64,000 nucleotides of DNA from the human T2T-CHM13v2.0 reference genome, Homo sapiens: the NCBI RefSeq assembly GCF_009914755.1, contig NC_060947.1; one strand, written 5' to 3'. Shown one piece after another: positions 57,450 through 64,000 of this stretch; the stretch's first letter is position 1; every line of letters begins with the position of its first letter. The notes below the pieces were generated by a model, which ran no database searches, had not been told where the DNA came from, and saw only the letters and a list, made by a program, of their open reading frames with translations. The translations under genes and the position numbers were made by a program.

Positions 57450-58750
57450 AAAACCTGTGTTCTCTTTTAGCTATTGCCCCTCTCTCCTTGACCATCCCAT
57501 CACTTCTCAGCCAAGCATCTTAAAAGCCTATACTTGATGTCTCCACTTCCTTTTCTTTGCATTTATTTATCAACCCACTGAAATCTTTCTTATTTCTCTA
57601 CTACTACACTAAAAATCTCTTTTTTCAAAGTCAGCAATAAACTCCTAAATGCCAAAACTGGTAAATATTGTAGTCTTTACTTAACGAGACCTTTTTCTCA
57701 TATACGATACTGTTCCCTCTTTCTGGATTATTTGTTCTTTCTTGTCTTCTATAATACCACTTGTCTTGAATTTCCATTAGTCCACTTCTCAGCAATTTTC
57801 CTGGGATCCTTTTCCTGTCAGTCATTTAAATGTTTAGTGTGCTACATGATTTTGTCAATTGCCTCTTCCTTTTATGTTTTCTACTCTGTACATGCTCTTC
57901 CAGTGTGATCACACCAGTCTCAAATATCAGTTATGTATCAACAATATCCAGATCCATTTTCTAGCCCCAGTACTCCAAGTCTTGTATATCTAACTTCAAA
58001 TTAGATATTTCTATCTGGAGAAACTACAGCCCTGTGAAGTCACGTTCAAAAGAGAATCATTATTTTTCCCCCTAAAACTCTGCCTTCTTGCTTCCCTACC
58101 TTCCTTTGTTGATTGCTAGCACCATCCTCCTCTTTAATGACTTGCCAAAGATAGAAATTGTATTAGTTCATTTTCAAGCTGCTGATAAAGACATACCCAA
58201 GACTGGGTAATTTATAAGGAAAAAGAGGTTTAGTGGACTCACAGTTCCACGTGGCTGGGGAGGCCTCACAATCATGGTGGAAGGCAAAAGGCATGTCTTA
58301 CATGGCAGCAGGCAAAAGAGAATGAGAGCCAAGTGAAAGGGTTTTCCTCTTATAAAACCAACAGATCTCTTGAGACTTATTCACTGCCATGAGAATAGTA
58401 CGGGAGAAACTGCCCCCATGATTCAATTTTCTCTCACTGGGTCCCTCTCATGACTTGTAGAAATTATGGGAGCTACAATTCAAGATGAGATTTGGGTGGG
58501 GACACAGCCAAACCAGTTTTTTTCAGAAATCTTTATTATTTTCTCTCTTTCATTGCTTACAACCAGTTAGCCCCTAAGTCTTGCCAATTTAAATTTATCT
58601 CCTATGTATGTCTCCCTTTTAGAAAATTTGGATATTTAATGCCTAAGTTAAGCTCCTAATCATCTCTTTCTCTAGATTATTGCAACATTTTCCTAACTGA
58701 TCACTTTCAACCTGTCTTTCACGCTTCTAATATATCCACCTCATTGCCTA
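57450..58750 (+). mobile_element. Decayed L2 interrupted by THE1
   Basis: Pyrimidine-rich L2 motifs (tcaacccactg, ctagccccag, ctagattattgcaaca). Confidence 0.6.
58159..58525 (-). mobile_element. THE1B/C solo LTR (ERVL-MaLR)
   Basis: tgtattagttcatttt...gctgataaagacatacccaagactgg...gagatttgggtggggacacagccaaacca; perfect 5-bp TSD gaaat. Confidence 0.95.
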
Positions 58751-61287
58751 CAGAAACGACAAAAGTTTTGAAATCCTCCCCACTGGAGAGGAATGTGCTT
58801 AAAGCACACTAAAGTTCACCTTGAAGATTATGCTTTCCCCCCCGCCCCGCAGGGCTCACTATGAATAGTTCCAAAATGTACCTTTGAATTTTTCACAATT
58901 ATTTTGATAAGACTACAATTAACCAAGTAAAGTAGAAGTCTATTAACAGTAACAGGAAGTCACTGAATACTGGTCATAGCATTGGGCAGAGAGGTAAAAA
59001 ACAGCGGAGAAAAAGAAATGGTAATGTAATTTAGAGGAGAACTAAATTCTTACCTGCCTTTTTGTTACAATTTGTCTATTGCTAGGGTTCAAACACTTCT
59101 TCTGAACCATGTCTTCATGTATATCATGCTCAATATTATATTAGCATATAACTTGGAAGTCATTTCTGTTCTTTCGTATCTCAACACAAGCAGATAAAGA
59201 CATATCGCCAGTTTTATTATTTTTATTTCAAATAGATGTCTTGTCACTTTCTAAGGTCTGTTCTTCAAATGAGGAATTATAAAGAAGAATCTCAGAAACG
59301 AGCATTTCAGTTTTAGGAGACTAAGGAGGATCAGACAGGCCAGTGCTGAAAAGGAAACCATCACACAGAGATCTTGTTGATTATCCTAGCAAATCTCTCT
59401 TTTCATTTTACTTTTCTTCTTTGGTTCGAAGATTCTCTCTAGAGGCAGAAGGGAGGGCTGTACATTTCAAATTATTTTTAGGTCTTTGATTAACTGTGCC
59501 ACCAGACCCCAGGTGACTATTAATATACTAGTAAAGGCGGTTAAAAGAAGACCTGAGGTCATTCAGTGAGTGAAAGAAGCAAAATTGAAAGCATGAGTTT
59601 TGACCCAGTGATATGATCTTTCTAGTAGACCACATAGTAGAGGCAATCCAAAAGGGGGCAAATGGGAATAAGGGACACTATCTGCACAAAAGGTTAGAAG
59701 ACAAAGCTACTCAGCATGGAATTCAGAATTAAAATGAAAGAACTTACCTAGTGAACTTTCAATTCAACCATATCTCAATAAAGCTCAATCCTATTATAAC
59801 ACAGCACACGATTATAAGGCTACAAATGTACTGCAGAGAAAATCCTGTGTCTTGAAAAATAAAAGCTCAGTAAAACAAAAGCCAAAATAAAAAAGCTATC
59901 AGTTATGCTTCTCAACATGAGTTTTATAAAGCGGTGCTGCTGTATTAAATTTTTGTCTGTGACCAAAAGAAAATTTCTTGAATAGCAAATGCTCCATAAA
60001 TGCTTGTCCAATTGAATTATCTAATTGGCTAATGTCAACTTTTTAATATTTAAGGATCACTGGGGATTATACATTGATTAGCTAACAAGTACTTCTTATC
60101 CAGAGAAAACTGGAAGCTCATGCCATAGCTTACTAGGATTTTTGCAAGAGGAGACAAACAGTCATAAGATTGCTGTTAATTATGTTTCCACTTCTCATGA
60201 ATTGTTTACTTTTATTATTTACCTATGTCTTGAATGGTATTGAAGCAAGCCATGTAAGTCCCTTTGTCAACTGCCAGAAGTATAATTCTCTACAATTAAT
60301 CAGTAAAAAGAGAATTAAGCATTGCTTCTTTAGAATTAGGAAAAACCTGCTGCTGATAAATTGAATGCATTAAGAAATTAACATACCAGTAAATGATTGA
60401 TCATTACAATTATCTGAATTTGCATTTCTAGAATTTCACTGAAAGAACTCAAAATCATTCTTTTAAGATATTTTTAGCTATGTTTCCCAACTGGATGAAG
60501 TATAAAAGAGATATGCTGCTTATTATTATAATGATAAGTTCAAGAGTCTTTTAAACATGTTCACAACTGGACATTAAATAAATTAATCCAATATATTTTA
60601 AAATAGGAACTCATACAAGGGTTTAGGGTTTACCAGCTAATTTTTTTTATTATCTACCCTGATGTATAAAAGAAAAATTCATCTGTATGTCATGAATCAC
60701 AAAGGCTTGTAAGCCACCCAACTACTAAGCATCCTGATTAAAAAGCTGGAGAAGAGCAGGCCACTTAAATAAAAATTATTTGGCAGATGCAAACATCTCT
60801 ATACAGGCAGCTCATAAAAATATTACTGAGGAGTAAATAAAATAGGGCAATATCATCTAAAATATACCATTCTCACTCAGAGCTGAAAGTAATAGCTTTT
60901 GTTTGAGGACAAACAACAACAACACTAATAATAAGTATTGATAACAATAAGCAATATTGAAAGATAATTATGTGCCAGACATTATTTTAGTATTTTGTTG
61001 GTTTGCTTTACTTAAATAAATATTTACCACCTGGTTAGTGTGTCCTAGGCAGTGTTCAAACACTGGGACTCAGCAAAGAACAAAATACAAAATTCCTTGC
61101 TCTCACAGAACTTAATCTAGTATGAAAGACAGAAAACAAATGAATACAATAAAAATATACTAATAAGTATAAATGTATAGTTATACATATTTGAACGTAT
61201 AGTACAGTAAATATGTATATAGAAATATAAATAAATATGTAAAGCATAAAGAGAAATAAGCAAAATAGTATGTCAGATGGTGATAAA

Positions 61288-61420
61288 TAGGGTGACCATA
61301 ATGTCTCAGTTTTCTCAGATAGTACTGGTTTATATGTGTGGTCTTAGTGTAATTACTCCTAGCACACCCTTTCACTCTAAAAAATGTCCCAGTTTAGACA
61401 ATAAATCATATGGTCACCTA
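61288..61420. mobile_element. MER94 (hAT-Blackjack)
   Basis: TIRs tagggtgaccata...tatggtcaccta; interior ccctttcactct..aa.tgtcccagtttagacaataaat. Confidence 0.85.
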
Positions 61421-62132
61421 AATGATAAGCACTATGGAAAGAAAAAAGCAGGAAAACAAATGTGTTGGAGGAGGGTTGTAATTTTCAATAGCGTAGTCAG
61501 GGAATGCCTCTCTGAGAAGGTCACATCTGGGTAAGAACCTGCATCAGGCAAGAGACCGAGCCAGGTCCCTATCCAGGTAGATATCAAGGGAAAGAACATT
61601 TCAGGCAGAGGGAATAGTGATTGCCTATATTTTTCAGAATCACAACAGAATGGTTGTAACAGAATGGTTGAGAAAGAGAGTAGCAGGAGATGGAGTCACA
61701 CATGGAAAGGGAAGCCACATTATGTAGGTCTGTGTCCTCAGTGAGATGGCGAGCCATTGCAGGTTTTGAGCAGGGAAGTGATAGGCTTTGGGCTTTAAGA
61801 GTATCACTCTGACTATTGTATTTTGAGTAAATTGTAGGGGTGTAAGAGCATAAAAGGAGAGAAATCAGTCAAAAGCCTATTGCAAAAATCAATATGAGAA
61901 CTGATGGTGGCTTGGACTAGGGTAGTAGCAAAAGAGGTGATGATAATTAGTCAGATTTTGGATATATTTTGAAGACAGAGATGACAAGGTTTGATGGTAA
62001 AATGGATGAGGTCACGAATCATATCAAGGTTTTTGATATAAATATGTGGACATAAGAGTTGCCAGAATCTGAGACAGAAAAAGTCGGAGGAGCAGATTTT
62101 GAAGGGAGGGTCAGGAGTTCTGTTTTGAATAT

Positions 62133-62662
62133 TGTCTCAGCTTGGTTTTCCCAAAAAGCAGACAGTGAAAGAAGGGATTGTGTGTAGGAAGTAAATTTTG
62201 GAAAGTGATCCCCAAAATAAGAATGGAGGATCAGTAAAAGTGAAATAAAGAAGTGAGGCAAGTCAAAGGGTGAGTTTTTGAGCTGGTCACAGCTGAGAGC
62301 AGCTGAAGCTTGATCTTACAGGGCACCCTCTGAAGAGCTTGTAAAATGCTTGGGAGAATTGTCTGCTCAAATACAAAAGAGGGAGGCAGTCATGAATGAT
62401 TCTTTCTCTTCTAGATCAAGGGATGTCCCATGATGTGTTAACCCTCTCACACTTCCAGGCTTGCACATGCCTCAGAATGGCTGAGTGGGTTGCTACAGGC
62501 ATTCCACATACAAGTAGCAGAAAAGGCAGGAATGAGAGCTATCTGATGCAGTTGAAAAAAACGTGTTGTTAGTGTATATCTGCATGCAGCTAGTAGGCGC
62601 AGCAATAGCTGGAATAAAAAGGTGGGGTGAAAATGCGAGGTGAATCAGAGGTGTCCGATACA
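62133..62662 (-). mobile_element. ERVL solo LTR (LTR40-like)
   Basis: tg...ca termini with TSD aatat/gatat; the L2 resumes exactly across it (gttctgttttg|atatgttaagtttgagat). Confidence 0.7.
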
Positions 62663-63430
62663 GATATGTTAAGTTTGAGATACGTATCAGACATGCAAGT
62701 GGAAATAAAAAATAACCAGCTGGATATATGAATCCGAATTTCAAGGGAGAGGTCAAAGCTGGTGATGTAAGTGTTTTCTGTATATAAATGATATTAACCG
62801 TATGAAAGAGGATGATCTGACCAAGGGAATAAGTGTAGCAAAGGTAAGAGAAGAGGTCTGAAGGCTGGATTCTCAGGCTGTCTGATGTTTAATAGTTGGG
62901 AGGATGAGAAGGATCCAATAAAAGAGAGTTAGAAGAATGGTCAGTAGGATAAGAGGAGGCTCAGAATATGATATCTTGAAAACCAGGTAAAGAAGAAACA
63001 GTGAATGATCAGCGGTGTCAAATGCTGCTGAAAGGTCAAGATGAAAACTAAGAATTGACCATTGAATTTAGCACCATGGAGACCTCGGTGATCTTGACAA
63101 GAGCTAAGTATTTCAAGAAACTCTAAGAAAAATCATTAACCTAAATGTTGCGTTTCCTGCAAATAGTGGTAGGGAATGAAATAAGAAAGACCACGATGCA
63201 AAAATCAAACGCTGAAAAATGTCTGTAAGTCTGAAGATTGACAAACCACCTTAATGAGGTAGAAGGAAGGAGAAAACAATAGTCAGATGGTATGAACTTT
63301 AAAAGAAGTGAAGCTGTAAAACTGAAAAAAAAAAAAAAACTAAAAAGAAGTCACTCTGAGTAGACTTAGTTGTCAAATAATCCAGTGAACACCTTGGAGT
63401 AAATTGGTTATCATTGAGTAAATTATTTTT

Positions 63431-63720
63431 GGCTCAGTTAATTCAGCTAGTTAGTTCATAGTGTTAGAAAGAGAGAGGTCAATAATTTGATCTTCACCCT
63501 AGACAGCTCATCTGGCAAAGGAAAGAACACTGTCCCTTGGCCATGGCATACACTTCGGTCTTGCACAGCAATCTTGCAAATTATATTGGCCTAATGCTAA
63601 TCATAGTGGATCCCTGACATTAAGTGCAGAGGGCTCAGGGTATACCATTCCCTATTAACTAGGAAAACCATGCAGATATTTCTAATTGTATGTAAAGAGC
63701 ATCAGCTCTCATTATAGACC
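63431..63720 (+). mobile_element. tRNA-headed ancient SINE (MamSINE1-like)
   Basis: ggctcagttaattcagctagttag...ggtcaataatttgatc resembles a decayed tRNA head; ccttggcca and tcttgcaaat body motifs. Confidence 0.45.
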
Positions 63721-63789
63721 CATTTGAACACCAATGACTATATTTTATGAATGCCTTTCTACATATACATTACAGTATATTGATTAAGG

Positions 63790-63992
63790 GCATGATACTT
63801 AGTGTCCAGTAGACATATGTTCAAGTTTCAACTGGGCTGTTTACTATAACCTCCTTCTCCATGCCTCAATTTCATAAATTGTAAAATGGGGATTAGAAAT
63901 GTGGCTAAATATTACAGGGTTATTTTAAAGGTTAAATGAGATCATGCTTAACACAGTGTCTGACACATAATTAAAGATGAGCTATTATTGTT
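63790..63992 (+). mobile_element. MIR SINE
   Basis: tgcctcaatttc...tgtaaaatggggatta...cagggttatttt.aaggttaaatgagatcatg...acagtgtctgacacata. Confidence 0.8.
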
Positions 63993-64000
63993 CTTTAAAA

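Larger units (their letters stand above)
61010..63105 (-). mobile_element. L2a, about 1.4 kb, interrupted by MER94 and an LTR
   Basis: aaataaatattta...ccttgctctcacagaactta...caggcagagggaatag...ggtggcttggactaggg...gtgtcaaatgctgctga...tcttgacaagagc. Confidence 0.85.

Noticed and set aside
61644-61670. Tandem duplication aacagaatggttg x2, and a similar one at 22730-22765
   Set aside because: Ordinary slippage duplications inside old repeats.
63431-63500. tRNA gene
   Set aside because: A and B boxes are decayed and no cloverleaf is evident; better explained as a SINE head.

Overview
This is primate (human-like) genomic DNA, not prokaryotic: it is AT-rich and dense in Alu, L1, L2, MIR, LTR and DNA-transposon relics. 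It lies inside TENM1 (teneurin-1), transcribed from the minus strand. Two coding exons of the N-terminal intracellular domain are present: 12636-12376 (261 nt) and 10747-10691 (57 nt, ending at a non-canonical GC donor). The rest is intron: more than 51 kb upstream, 1.6 kb between the exons and more than 10 kb downstream. The other listed ORFs are chance or repeat-derived. Main leads: (i) an L1PA insertion at 24.5-25.2 kb carrying an inverted fold-back copy of its own tail, TSD and flank; (ii) nested inverted Alu and L1 pairs bracketing the two exons, which would form a 318-nt stop-free circle; (iii) the GC-AG exon with an adjacent G4/C-tract; (iv) an AATAAA inside the 261-nt exon's donor; (v) a 29-bp hairpin resembling a template switch at 39 kb; (vi) a U13 snoRNA retrocopy. 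Gene and repeat names come from recalled sequences, not searches. Subfamily calls and boundaries of old repeats are approximate.
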